Of a stretch of DNA of 64,000 nt, positions 10,957-20,472 are shown in pieces (the first letter of the stretch is position 1; every line of letters starts with the position of its first letter). The stretch comes from an uncultured bacterium. GTDB lineage: Bacteria; 4484-113. The notes under the pieces were generated by a model. That model was not told where the DNA came from and searched no databases. It saw only the letters and a list, made by a program, of their open reading frames with translations. The translations under genes and the position numbers were made by a program. Location: assembly GCA_963749125.1 (NCBI GenBank), contig CAVVLL010000006.1:102882-166881 (forward strand), read 5' to 3'.

Positions 10957-12051
10957 CTACCACGCCGCAGCACTTATCTCGGCGTTGTATTTGTCTATGG
11001 CATCTTGGATAAGCTTGTCTTGTGCTTTGAGCCTAGCCATCGTCTCGGAAATGATACTCTCAACAGGCTGCCCTTTGTATTCTTTGTAATCATAGGCTCT
11101 GGCGGCCGCCCGTGCAAGGCGAAGACCTTCGTCCGGATAGCCCATGTCATAGTAGTAGATCAGCGTTTGGATAATCAATGGGAGAAGACTCTCCCCTTCT
11201 GCAGGTTTCACTACAGGCTTACCCAATGCAGCGCTTTGCTGTATTTCTAGGTAGCCTTCCCAACCTAACATCCCCATATAGAAGCCTTGATAAACGGAAG
11301 AGACATTTCTAAGCTTCCCATCAATATCTTTAGTTAACAGAACGTATCTATCAGGATTGGCATAATGGTAGAAAGGCAGATCTATCTCCCAATTAGTCTC
11401 CATCGTTGGATATACAGCAAAGACAGGTGACACGCCTGGATATTCATTGTAGATGCTTACAGCATGCATCTTTTCGATAACCGGAGTCGTATCCTTAAAT
11501 GCAACTTTTCCATCGGGTAGTTGGTAAAACACGAAGCAACTTACACCTCTTTGGCTTCTTGCATTACCGCCATCTCCAATCAGTGCCCCAATGTATGAAC
11601 CGCCGAAAGAAATAGAAGCGGTCTTTACCTCTTTGATTCCAAGTATCCAGTTATAAGCGAACTGCCCAATCCGCTGCCAAACACCTTCTGCAGTCAGACA
11701 ATAGAAGAGGAGCACATCCTGCTCATGTTCCATCAATGTAACTCCGCCCGCTACTTCCAGCGGTTCAAAGTCGGTCCTTGGAATGAATAGATCTATGCCT
11801 AATGACTCGAATGGTCGTTCTAAGTGGATACAACGGATAAGCGGGGCATCATTTCCCGCCCAGTATCCGCTTAAGTCCTCAACTATGGTGACTTGCGGCG
11901 GGAGTTGCATAAGCTCATCGGGTAAGTAAGAGGCCTTCGCCAGGGCGCTTGAGTCAGCAGCGAAGGTAACAAGCGGCGAGAAGGCGAGGTGAGCAAACGA
12001 AGCGATAATTGTTGAAGCGATAAAGGCGGCAAGAATGCGCTGGCGATACAT
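10957..12051 (-). CDS. Hypothetical secreted protein
   Basis: 364-aa ORF with an N-terminal signal peptide; TGC-TAGAAT 6 nt upstream; no recognisable domain. Confidence 0.75.
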   Translation of the reverse strand: MYRQRILAAFIASTIIASFAHLAFSPLVTFAADSSALAKASYLPDELMQLPPQVTIVEDLSGYWAGNDAPLIRCIHLERPFESLGIDLFIPRTDFEPLEVAGGVTLMEHEQDVLLFYCLTAEGVWQRIGQFAYNWILGIKEVKTASISFGGSYIGALIGDGGNARSQRGVSCFVFYQLPDGKVAFKDTTPVIEKMHAVSIYNEYPGVSPVFAVYPTMETNWEIDLPFYHYANPDRYVLLTKDIDGKLRNVSSVYQGFYMGMLGWEGYLEIQQSAALGKPVVKPAEGESLLPLIIQTLIYYYDMGYPDEGLRLARAAARAYDYKEYKGQPVESIISETMARLKAQDKLIQDAIDKYNAEISAAAW

Positions 12052-12090
12052 GCCATGATTCTAGCAGGAGCGAAGGCTGAGGGGTATCCC

Positions 12091-15000
12091 CTACCCCGGC
12101 GATGTGCCACTAAACGCTCGGCGGACAATATCGGCGAACTGCAAAGGGATTGCGTGCAACTCAGTGATGCTGGGAAGCCCTTCTTTGCCCTCCAACGGCG
12201 TCAGGAGCGCCGTAAGCAGCGCATTTGCAGTGTCCAGGCTGGTCAGAACAGGGATATTGCTCTCAACAGCAGCGCGGCGGATGGCGCGCGCCTCGATCTC
12301 GGCGGTGCGGTTGTCAGAGATAGTGTTGATAATCAGCCTGAACTCGCCATTGCGCAGCCGGTCAATGATGTTTGGGCGGCCTTCCGTCAGCTTGTAAACC
12401 GGCGTAGCCTCAATTCCATGCTCCTTGAAGTAAGCAGCCGTGCCGGTCGTAGTGAAGAGCTTGAAACCAAGCTGTGCGTAGCGCTGCATGAGGTAGAGCG
12501 CTTCTTCCTTGTCCTTGTCGGCGACAGTACACAGAAGCGGTATAGCCTCAGTGTGGTGCTCGTGGAACTCGGGAATGCGCAGGCTAGCGGCGGTCATCGC
12601 CTTCTTGAGCGCCTGCGGGAATGTTTCGGCGATGCCCATCACTTCACCAGTGCTCTTCATCTCGGGGCCGAGGCCTACGTCCACCTGGATCATCTTGGCG
12701 AAGCTGAACACCGGCGCCTTCACAGCGTAATACTTCCCGACCGGCATCAAGCCGGTTGGCAAGCCAAGTTCCTTGAACTTCCGGCCTGTGATGGCAAGTA
12801 TCGCCAGCGAGACCATTGGTATACCGGTGACTTTGCTCAAGAACGGGATAGTCCTTGATGCGCGGGGGTTCACTTCAATGACGAACAGCTCGCCGTTCTC
12901 GTCCATGACAAACTGGATGTTTATGATGCCCTGCGCTGAGATGCTGCGAGCGATGCGCTCAGCGTAATCGTGCACTAGCTCGCGCTGTTCCTTGCTCAGT
13001 GACACCGGCGGGTAAACAGCCATGCTATCGCCGCTGTGGATGCCGGCGCGCTCAATGTGCTCCATTATGCCGGGGATAATGATGTCCTCGCCGTCGCTGA
13101 TGAGGTCAACCTCAAGCTCGGTGCCGCGATAGTATTTGTCAATGAGCAGCGGCTGGCCCTGGAATGCGTATTCATTGGCGTTGATGTAGCGCTCAAGGCT
13201 TTCGCGGTTATAGATAATCTCCATCGCGCGCCCGCCTAGCACGTAGCTGGGGCGAACCAGCACCGGGAAGCCGATGCGCTCTGCCACATCTATCGCCTTT
13301 GAGTAATCGGTTACTGTGCCGCCTTTAGGCCGGGGGATGTTCAGGCGCGCCATCAGGCAGTCGAACTTCTCGCGGTCTTCGGTCGTGTCAATGCCTTCCT
13401 CAGTCGTGCCAAGTATAGGCACGCCTGCACGCGCAAGCTCGCCTGCAATGTTAATCGCAGTCTGGCCGCCGAACTGCACGACGACGCCTTTCGGCTTTTC
13501 GCGCTCAATGACTGCGAGCACTTTCTCCAGCGTAACCGGCTCAAAGTAGAGGCCGTCGCTCATGTCAAAGTCAGTGGAGACGGTCTCAGGGTTGTTGTTG
13601 ATGATGATGGCGTCGTAGCCAAGCTTTGACAGCGCCATCAGCGCGTGAACGCTGCAGTAATCAAACTCAATGCCCTGGCCGATGCGGATAGGCCCGCTTC
13701 CGATGACGAGCACCTTCTCCCGCCCACGGCTCTCTCGCGGCCGCGCATCGTTCGCCCTACCCTTCGTGCTGTAGAAATAAGGCGTCTCGGCTGAGAACTC
13801 GCTGGCGCAGGTGTCCACGGCCTTGAAAACGGGGGGGGCGCAAATCTCATTTCGTAGCTTAGTAACTTCGGCCTCTTCGACCTTTCCAATGCGCGAGAGC
13901 AGCTTGTCGGAAAAGCCGTGCGACTTGAGCCAATCCATCTGCTCGCGCGAGATGTTCATCACGCCTTCTTCCTTCAGCATTGTCTCAGCCTGAACCATGT
14001 CTGAGAACTGGCGTAGGAAGTAAGGGCTGATGTGCGTCAGCTTTGCAAGGTATTCAACGGAGTGGCCGCGGTGCAGCGCTTCAAACAGGGCGAAGATGCG
14101 CCCGTCGGTCGGCGTGCTCAGGTATGAAAGCAGCTCGGCGTCGTTGAGCTTGATAAACCGCCAGGTGTGGAAGCTCCAAAGCTTCACTTCAAGGCTGTCC
14201 AGCGCCTTGAGGAACGCGCCGGAGAACGTGCGGTCTATCGCCATGACTTCGCCAGTGCTCTTCATCTGTGTGCCCAGGCGGCGGTCGGCCTCAGTGAACT
14301 TATCAAACGGCCACTTGGGTATCTTGAGCACGACATAATCCAGCGCAGGCTCAAAGCTTGCCATCGTCTGGCCTGTGACCATGTTGGGTATCTCGTCAAG
14401 GCGCAGTCCCAGCGCGACTTTCGCAGCAACGCGCGCGATGGGATAGCCGGTCGCCTTGCTCGCAAGCGCCGAGCTTCGCGAAACACGGGGGTTGACTTCA
14501 ATCACTGCGAACTTCAACTCGGTGGGATGCAGTGCATACTGCACGTTGCATCCGCCCTCAATCTTCAGCGCGCGAATAATGGACAGCGATGCGCTGCGCA
14601 GGAGCTGGTATTCGCGGTCTGAGAGCGTCAACGACGGTGCAACGACAATGGAGTCGCCCGTGTGGATGCCCATCGGGTCTATGTTCTCCATATTGCAGAC
14701 GGTTATGCAATTGTCCGCGCCGTCGCGCATGACTTCATACTCAATCTCTTTCCACCCGACGACGCATTCTTCAATGAGCACCTGGTGGTTGAGCGAATAC
14801 ACGAAGCCGCGCGTAACGATGTCGCGGAATTCTTCAAGGTTGTAGGCGATGCCGCCGCCGGTCCCGCCAAGCGTGTAGCCGGGGCGAATGATGAGCGGGA
14901 AGTCGTGCGTTTCGGTGAAACTCATCGCCTGCTCAAAGGTCGTGGCGGTGATACTCGGCGGGATGGGCATCCCAATGGAGTTCATAGTGTCCTTGAACAG

Positions 15001-15390
15001 CTCGCGGTCTTCGGCGCGGGCTATGGACAGCGCGCTCGTGCCCAGGAACTTCACGCCGTAGCGCTCGCTTATACCGCTGGCGAAAAGCTCGGTTGCGATA
15101 TTTAGCCCCGTCTGGCCGCCCAGCGTCGGCAGGATGCCGTCTGGGCGCTCGTCGGAGATGATCTTCTCCAGGTGCGCCATGTCCATCGGCTCAATGTAGA
15201 CGCGGTCGGCCGTGTCCACGTCGGTCATGATGGTCGCGGGGTTGGAGTTCACGAGCACGACGCTCACGCCTTCTTCGCGCAGCGCCTTGCACGCCTGCGT
15301 GCCGGAGTAGTCAAACTCGGCGGCCTGGCCGATGATAATCGGGCCGTTGCCGATGACCATCACCTTGTTTATATCGGGGCGTTTGGGCAT
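12091..15390 (-). CDS. carB: Carbamoyl-phosphate synthase large subunit
   Basis: GQAAEFDYSG, NSNPATIMTD, IEVNPRVSRSSALASKATGYPIA, a second ATP-grasp half and a C-terminal MGS domain. Confidence 0.98.
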   Translation of the reverse strand: MPKRPDINKVMVIGNGPIIIGQAAEFDYSGTQACKALREEGVSVVLVNSNPATIMTDVDTADRVYIEPMDMAHLEKIISDERPDGILPTLGGQTGLNIATELFASGISERYGVKFLGTSALSIARAEDRELFKDTMNSIGMPIPPSITATTFEQAMSFTETHDFPLIIRPGYTLGGTGGGIAYNLEEFRDIVTRGFVYSLNHQVLIEECVVGWKEIEYEVMRDGADNCITVCNMENIDPMGIHTGDSIVVAPSLTLSDREYQLLRSASLSIIRALKIEGGCNVQYALHPTELKFAVIEVNPRVSRSSALASKATGYPIARVAAKVALGLRLDEIPNMVTGQTMASFEPALDYVVLKIPKWPFDKFTEADRRLGTQMKSTGEVMAIDRTFSGAFLKALDSLEVKLWSFHTWRFIKLNDAELLSYLSTPTDGRIFALFEALHRGHSVEYLAKLTHISPYFLRQFSDMVQAETMLKEEGVMNISREQMDWLKSHGFSDKLLSRIGKVEEAEVTKLRNEICAPPVFKAVDTCASEFSAETPYFYSTKGRANDARPRESRGREKVLVIGSGPIRIGQGIEFDYCSVHALMALSKLGYDAIIINNNPETVSTDFDMSDGLYFEPVTLEKVLAVIEREKPKGVVVQFGGQTAINIAGELARAGVPILGTTEEGIDTTEDREKFDCLMARLNIPRPKGGTVTDYSKAIDVAERIGFPVLVRPSYVLGGRAMEIIYNRESLERYINANEYAFQGQPLLIDKYYRGTELEVDLISDGEDIIIPGIMEHIERAGIHSGDSMAVYPPVSLSKEQRELVHDYAERIARSISAQGIINIQFVMDENGELFVIEVNPRASRTIPFLSKVTGIPMVSLAILAITGRKFKELGLPTGLMPVGKYYAVKAPVFSFAKMIQVDVGLGPEMKSTGEVMGIAETFPQALKKAMTAASLRIPEFHEHHTEAIPLLCTVADKDKEEALYLMQRYAQLGFKLFTTTGTAAYFKEHGIEATPVYKLTEGRPNIIDRLRNGEFRLIINTISDNRTAEIEARAIRRAAVESNIPVLTSLDTANALLTALLTPLEGKEGLPSITELHAIPLQFADIVRRAFSGTSPG

Positions 15391-15391
15391 A

Positions 15392-16630
15392 TCACTTCAC
15401 GGGATAATCAATCTTCATCGCAGCCTTCACCAGCGCCATCGTCTTCGCGCCTTCCTCGCGCGCCTTGACGTTGCCTTCCTCCAGGATGTCCCACACTAGC
15501 TGCGGGTTGTCCTCATAGGGCTTGCGGCGCTCGCGTATGGGCACCAGCAGCTCATTTAGCACCTTTGTCAGCCGCCCCTTGCACTCCACGCAGCCAAGCG
15601 CGCCGCTCTTGCAGTCGCGCTCAATCTCCGCCACGGCTTCGGCCTGCTTGTTCAGCGTGCCTTGAAAGACCTTGTGGTAGGCAAAGATGTTGCAGATATC
15701 GGGGTGGCCGGGGTCGTTCTTGCGTATCTTTTCAGGGTCGGTGACGCCCTTGCGAACAACGTCGGCAACGGCTTTCTCATCATCGGAAAGGTTGATGACA
15801 TTGCCGAGGCTCTTGCTCATCTTTAAGTCGCCGTCCAGCCCGCGCAGCCTGGCGACTTCGCCGACGATGGCTTTCGGTTCTGGGATTATCTCCTGGCCAT
15901 GGCCATAAAGCGTGTTGAACTTGCGCGCGATGTCGCGGGTCAACTCTATATGCGGAAGCTGGTCATCGCCTACAGGCACGGCGTGAGCGCGCACGAACGT
16001 GATATCCGCTGCCTGCGAGACAGGATAGCCAAAGAAGCCGTAGGTGAGTTGGTCGAAGCCCTTTACCAGGTCAGTTTCGCGTTCAAAATATGATTGAATC
16101 TGAGGTGTGCCGTATATCTGGTCACTAGTTTCAGCTAAAGCCTTTCTCATCTCCTCATCTGTCTTTGCGGACGATAGTCTGCCAGCCATCTCGTCAGTGA
16201 TTACACTGCCTATCAGTTGTTGTAACTCAAGTTGAGAACCATCAGGAGTCTTAAGATATCCATACTGAATCGCCTCGGCTTTCGTCGTTGGGTTGTGGCG
16301 CAGCTTGTTCATGTTGGTGAACAGGCCGTAGATGACGGTTAACTCAGCGATTTCGGGGATGAGCGACTGGATACAGAACGTGACCTTCTTCGGGTCAAGG
16401 CCGACGGCGAGGTTGTCCATCGTCACGTCCAGCACAGCCTGGCGCAGCATCTCGGGGCGCTCCCAGTGCGTCGTCAGCGCCTGGATGTCGGCGACGAGGA
16501 TGAATGTCTCGTATTCGTCCTGAAACTTGACGCGGTTCATCAGCGAGCCGACGTAATGCCCCAAATGGAGCTTGCCGGTTGGGCGGTCGCCCGTGAGTAT
16601 CCGTTTCCGCTTGGATGAAGGGGTCACCAT
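15392..16630 (-). CDS. trpS: Tryptophanyl-tRNA synthetase with an internal insertion of about 65 aa
   Basis: TGDRPTGKLHLGH (HIGH), YPVSQAADI, VPVGDDQLPH, KMSKS. Confidence 0.96.
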   Translation of the reverse strand: MVTPSSKRKRILTGDRPTGKLHLGHYVGSLMNRVKFQDEYETFILVADIQALTTHWERPEMLRQAVLDVTMDNLAVGLDPKKVTFCIQSLIPEIAELTVIYGLFTNMNKLRHNPTTKAEAIQYGYLKTPDGSQLELQQLIGSVITDEMAGRLSSAKTDEEMRKALAETSDQIYGTPQIQSYFERETDLVKGFDQLTYGFFGYPVSQAADITFVRAHAVPVGDDQLPHIELTRDIARKFNTLYGHGQEIIPEPKAIVGEVARLRGLDGDLKMSKSLGNVINLSDDEKAVADVVRKGVTDPEKIRKNDPGHPDICNIFAYHKVFQGTLNKQAEAVAEIERDCKSGALGCVECKGRLTKVLNELLVPIRERRKPYEDNPQLVWDILEEGNVKAREEGAKTMALVKAAMKIDYPVK

Positions 16631-16652
16631 CCCGCAAATTGTATCACGGGAC

Positions 16653-17444
16653 TTACTTTGAATCCTGGCTGCCGGGCAAAAATGGCTTAGCGAACAAAAG
16701 GGCTAGCATTACGGGCCTGCAATCAAATCCAAGCTCGTCCATTTCAAGTGCGAATTCGGACGATAACGCAAGAAGGCGCAGGATGTCCGCATCGCTTAAT
16801 TCATGAAAACGCCCATCTTCCGCCAGCTTACGGAACAACCTTTCTGTGAGTAGCCCAAACTCATACCGAGTGAATGTCCGAGGCGGCCTCACGAAGTATC
16901 CATCGTAGTAGCCCGGATAACCCTCAAAATAGCCAGCTCGCACAAAGCGCTCTATAGTTGGATAAACCCAGCTATCGGCTGTTACATCCTGGAAGAGCGA
17001 ATGTCTCGTTAAGTCGACTGCCGAGGGAACTACTAGCGTTCTTTCGTTAGCTAGCCAGATTAAGTTGTCTCTTATGGTAAATACGCCTTTGCAATAAGCG
17101 ACGAGAAAGCTTAACTCATCAGCGTACTCAGCGGTAAGCGCTAACAGCGTACGCGAGTTATCTTGTGTAAATCTATCCCGTATCCAGGACTTGTCTAACT
17201 CGCCATACACTCTCGCCAATTGCATTGCCATCTCAAACCGGGTGATGCAATACCGAGGTGAATAATCAGGATATACTTCAAAGCCTACCGCCTTCATAAC
17301 ACTGTAAATCGCCGGATATGACCAATGGTCGGCAGGAATATCCTTGTACATCGCCGCCTGAGCGCTGCCTGGCGACAAGGCAGATACTAGCGCGATAGCC
17401 AGTAGCAATAGAACCAATCTCAAATTCATGTACCCCGGTTTCAT
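16653..17444 (-). CDS. S-layer homology (SLH) domain protein with two SLH-like units
   Basis: YKDIPADHWSYPAI...ITRFEMA and FQDVTADSWVYPTI..GYFEGYP..FTRYEF; signal peptide. Confidence 0.85.
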   Translation of the reverse strand: MKPGYMNLRLVLLLLAIALVSALSPGSAQAAMYKDIPADHWSYPAIYSVMKAVGFEVYPDYSPRYCITRFEMAMQLARVYGELDKSWIRDRFTQDNSRTLLALTAEYADELSFLVAYCKGVFTIRDNLIWLANERTLVVPSAVDLTRHSLFQDVTADSWVYPTIERFVRAGYFEGYPGYYDGYFVRPPRTFTRYEFGLLTERLFRKLAEDGRFHELSDADILRLLALSSEFALEMDELGFDCRPVMLALLFAKPFLPGSQDSK

Positions 17445-17541
17445 CTAGTTATATTATCGCGCTGGGCTCAGCCATTGTTAAGCCCGGCTACGAGGGATTT
17501 GCGAACGCACCTGCTTTGTGGCGTTCTGCTATAATCGCGGC

Positions 17542-18291
17542 ATGAGAACATCCATGAACAACATGCTGTTGCTGCTGTGCCTGCTTATAGCAGTCTTCGC
17601 GCTGACCGTCCCCGCTTCGGCGATGCCATACACCGGCTACCCGGGCTTTGACGACGGCTTCAACCGCGTCATGACGCAGTCGGCGTTCTATACCGATTAC
17701 CTGCGCGGCCAGATGCAGGGCGAAGAGAACCTCGTTATGAAGGGCCTCATCGCCAAGAACGACACGAAGATGCGCATCGACATGGACAACCGCGCCATGG
17801 CCAGCGGCGAAGACATGGGCGGCATGGACTTCATGCTCTACACCGGCATTATCACCAAGCCTTCAAGCCCGGCGATAATGCTCATCCACATCCCCGAGAA
17901 ATACATGATTGCGGAAGAAGAAGAAGCCAAAGGCATAGAAGGGCCGGGCATTCGCGATGACGAAGGCGTCGGCGAGAAGGAAGAGCCGCCGGTTGTCACC
18001 AAGGAGAAAATCGGCGAGGAGAAGTTTGATAACCACCCTTGCATCATCTACAAGATTACCGTTACTTGGAAGGACGGCAAGGTTGTCACCGGCAAGGTGT
18101 GGGAAGCGACCGATTACGGCGAAGTGAAGCCTTATCTGAAGATAATCGTTGACGACCCCGAAGGCGCGATAACGGTGGAGCTGCACAACTTGAAGATCGC
18201 CAAGCCCGCCGACAGCTGGTTTGAGATTCCCGATGGCTATCTGAAGATTGACAGCTACATGGAGCTCATGCCGGCAGGGATGATGGGCTAG
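17542..18291 (+). CDS. Secreted protein, DUF4412-like
   Basis: Signal peptide; KIGEEKFDNHPCIIYK..VW..FEIPDGY pattern. Confidence 0.65.
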   Translation: MRTSMNNMLLLLCLLIAVFALTVPASAMPYTGYPGFDDGFNRVMTQSAFYTDYLRGQMQGEENLVMKGLIAKNDTKMRIDMDNRAMASGEDMGGMDFMLYTGIITKPSSPAIMLIHIPEKYMIAEEEEAKGIEGPGIRDDEGVGEKEEPPVVTKEKIGEEKFDNHPCIIYKITVTWKDGKVVTGKVWEATDYGEVKPYLKIIVDDPEGAITVELHNLKIAKPADSWFEIPDGYLKIDSYMELMPAGMMG

Positions 18292-18315
18292 GCGTCGCGC
18301 TGCAACGGGCTTCGC

Positions 18316-19374
18316 TTACGGCTTACCCTTCAGGCCATCGTAAAACAGGTCTTCGGTGACGCCCAGTTTCGCGTTATCGACTTTGACGCGCAGCTTTTGC
18401 GCATTGCCGCCTTTCTCAAGCGAAGTGTTCAGGCCGAAGGAAAGCTGAATGTCACCATTCACGCTTTGCACCCGCTTATTCTTCAAGTCAAGGATGAATG
18501 ACACCGTCCCGCCTATGACGAGGCTGTCCACGTCGGTGGACACAGCGTAATCGCCAGACTTGCCGGAGAGCTTCACCGGCTCAGCGTTCTTTCCCTGAAG
18601 CTGGACGAGAATCTGCGCTGTGTTGGCACCGCCGGATTCACTAAGGCTTTGGAGCGTGGAAGTCATCTCAATGTCCAAGCTAGAGTCCCCGACCTGAAGC
18701 TGGCCCGTCCTGGCCCAGCTATCCCCCACCCTCACGCTATCGCTGGGAAGCTCTTGGGCGAGCTCCGTCAGGCGTTCAGAGTCTATGAAGGGAAACACCG
18801 GCGACATCTGCGCATTAGCGAGCTTCGCCCATGCCTCGCCTGTGCGCTCAATCTTCCCGTCTTCGGTGATCAGAAGCTCCCGCCCGGCGATAAGCGCATT
18901 TCCCAGCGCTTCTTCATCGGCGGTAACCTTTGACGGCTGCCCAAGTTCGGTCACCCGGAACTTCCCATTCTCCAGGAACAACATGCGCCTGACCGCCTTG
19001 CCTTCTTCCGACTGCGTCTTATCAACTATCCCGCCGACCGTCTTCAGTTCACGCGACAGCACTTTGCCTTTGACGGCGCTATCGGTAATCGTGCGCTGGA
19101 AGTTGGCGGAGTTCTTGCTGGTCATCGTTGAGGTGACAGGCTTGCCCTTGTCGTCCAGTGCCTCTATTACTATCCTCGCGTCCATCGATGTGTGCAGCAT
19201 TGACTGATAAGTGACATCAGGCTTGAGCTTCAGCTCAAGGCGCATCTTCTTACCTTGCGGCCTAGGGCTTCCCTTTTCAACGCCGGGGCCGTTGTCCTCG
19301 GGCTGCTTCAGGCATGCAGTGAACGCAGCGCAGGCAAAGATGATTAGCATGAGCCATTGAATCGTTTTCAACAT
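18316..19374 (-). CDS. Hypothetical lipoprotein
   Basis: Lipobox-like AFTAC; beta-rich; LPSDSVRVGDSW motif; GGAG SD upstream. Confidence 0.7.
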   Translation of the reverse strand: MLKTIQWLMLIIFACAAFTACLKQPEDNGPGVEKGSPRPQGKKMRLELKLKPDVTYQSMLHTSMDARIVIEALDDKGKPVTSTMTSKNSANFQRTITDSAVKGKVLSRELKTVGGIVDKTQSEEGKAVRRMLFLENGKFRVTELGQPSKVTADEEALGNALIAGRELLITEDGKIERTGEAWAKLANAQMSPVFPFIDSERLTELAQELPSDSVRVGDSWARTGQLQVGDSSLDIEMTSTLQSLSESGGANTAQILVQLQGKNAEPVKLSGKSGDYAVSTDVDSLVIGGTVSFILDLKNKRVQSVNGDIQLSFGLNTSLEKGGNAQKLRVKVDNAKLGVTEDLFYDGLKGKP

Positions 19375-19410
19375 TTTCGTCTCCCAGGGCGCGCCGCGTG
19401 AAGTATGCAG

Positions 19411-20403
19411 CTAGAATTCGAAGTCGGCGCCGATGTTGTGGGCAAGGGCTTCCCTAAACACATAGCCCGCAGTCGCCAAGTCTTGAAGAGCAAGCCCAAC
19501 AGATTTGAACAACGTGATTTCGCTGTCGTTTTCGCGCCCGAGCTTACTTCCATTTATGACCTGCCCAAGCTCGCCAGCGACGCGTTCCCAACTCCATGCG
19601 CCTTCCTCGGCAGGCAACTGGAAATCGCCGGCCTCAGCCTTGTTCGCATCCAGGGAGTCCACGAACACCTTGCTCTTGACGACCGACTCCGTGTCAAGCT
19701 CGCGCGCGCCCGGCGAATGCGAGCCGATTGCGTTGATATGCAGCCCCGGCTCAAGCCATGCTCCATCAATGATGGGCTTGGTCGCGCTGGTCGCAAGCGT
19801 GAGGATGTCAGCAGCGCGCACTGCGCTTTCGGCGTCCTTAGCCACTTCGGTCGGAACGCCCGTTATCGCTGTGACGTCTTTCGCAAATGCGAGCTTCACG
19901 GCTTCGTCATCAACGCTGTAGAGGAGGATGCGATCAAGCTTGCGCGCATGCGCGACTGCCCAGGCTTGCGTCCGCGCCTGGACGCCAGTCCCAAACAGCG
20001 TGTGGACGCGAGCGTCAGTCCGCGCAAGATACTTGGTGGCTAGGCCCGAAACCGCGCCTGTGCGGACTGCCGTGAGGTACCCGCCATCCATTATGCAGAT
20101 CGGCGCGCCCGTCTCTGGGTTCAGAAGCAGTATCGTCCCCATCACGTTTGGCAGCTTGTGCTTGGCGGGATTATCCTTGTATACGGTGACGACTTTCGCG
20201 CCTAGCGCGCCCAAGCCCGAAATGTAAGCGGGCATGAACAGCGCGAGTCCGCTGTGCTCCGTCACTTTTATCGGCGTCCGCACCGGCATCGCTACTTTAC
20301 CAGCAGCGAAGTCTGCAAATGCAGATTCGAGGATGGAGATGGCACCTTCCATGGTGAGGACTTCGGCAACATTCGCCTTTGACAATAGCCGAACCTTTGT
20401 CAT
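19411..20403 (-). CDS. Ornithine cyclodeaminase / mu-crystallin family protein (archaeal-type alanine dehydrogenase-like)
   Basis: MPAY, KVVTVY..NP, LTAVRTGA, GTGVQA, HINAIGS, FKSVGLALQD. Confidence 0.92.
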   Translation of the reverse strand: MTKVRLLSKANVAEVLTMEGAISILESAFADFAAGKVAMPVRTPIKVTEHSGLALFMPAYISGLGALGAKVVTVYKDNPAKHKLPNVMGTILLLNPETGAPICIMDGGYLTAVRTGAVSGLATKYLARTDARVHTLFGTGVQARTQAWAVAHARKLDRILLYSVDDEAVKLAFAKDVTAITGVPTEVAKDAESAVRAADILTLATSATKPIIDGAWLEPGLHINAIGSHSPGARELDTESVVKSKVFVDSLDANKAEAGDFQLPAEEGAWSWERVAGELGQVINGSKLGRENDSEITLFKSVGLALQDLATAGYVFREALAHNIGADFEF

Positions 20404-20472
20404 TGATGGCTCCTTATGGTGTGTTACGCCGCGGATGAGTTTAGCATAGGACAGCCCAGCAGCTGTCTGCTT

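Noticed and set aside
16060-16262. Intein or self-splicing intron in trpS
   Set aside because: No Cys/Ser start or His-Asn end, too short, and no recognisable group I/II intron features
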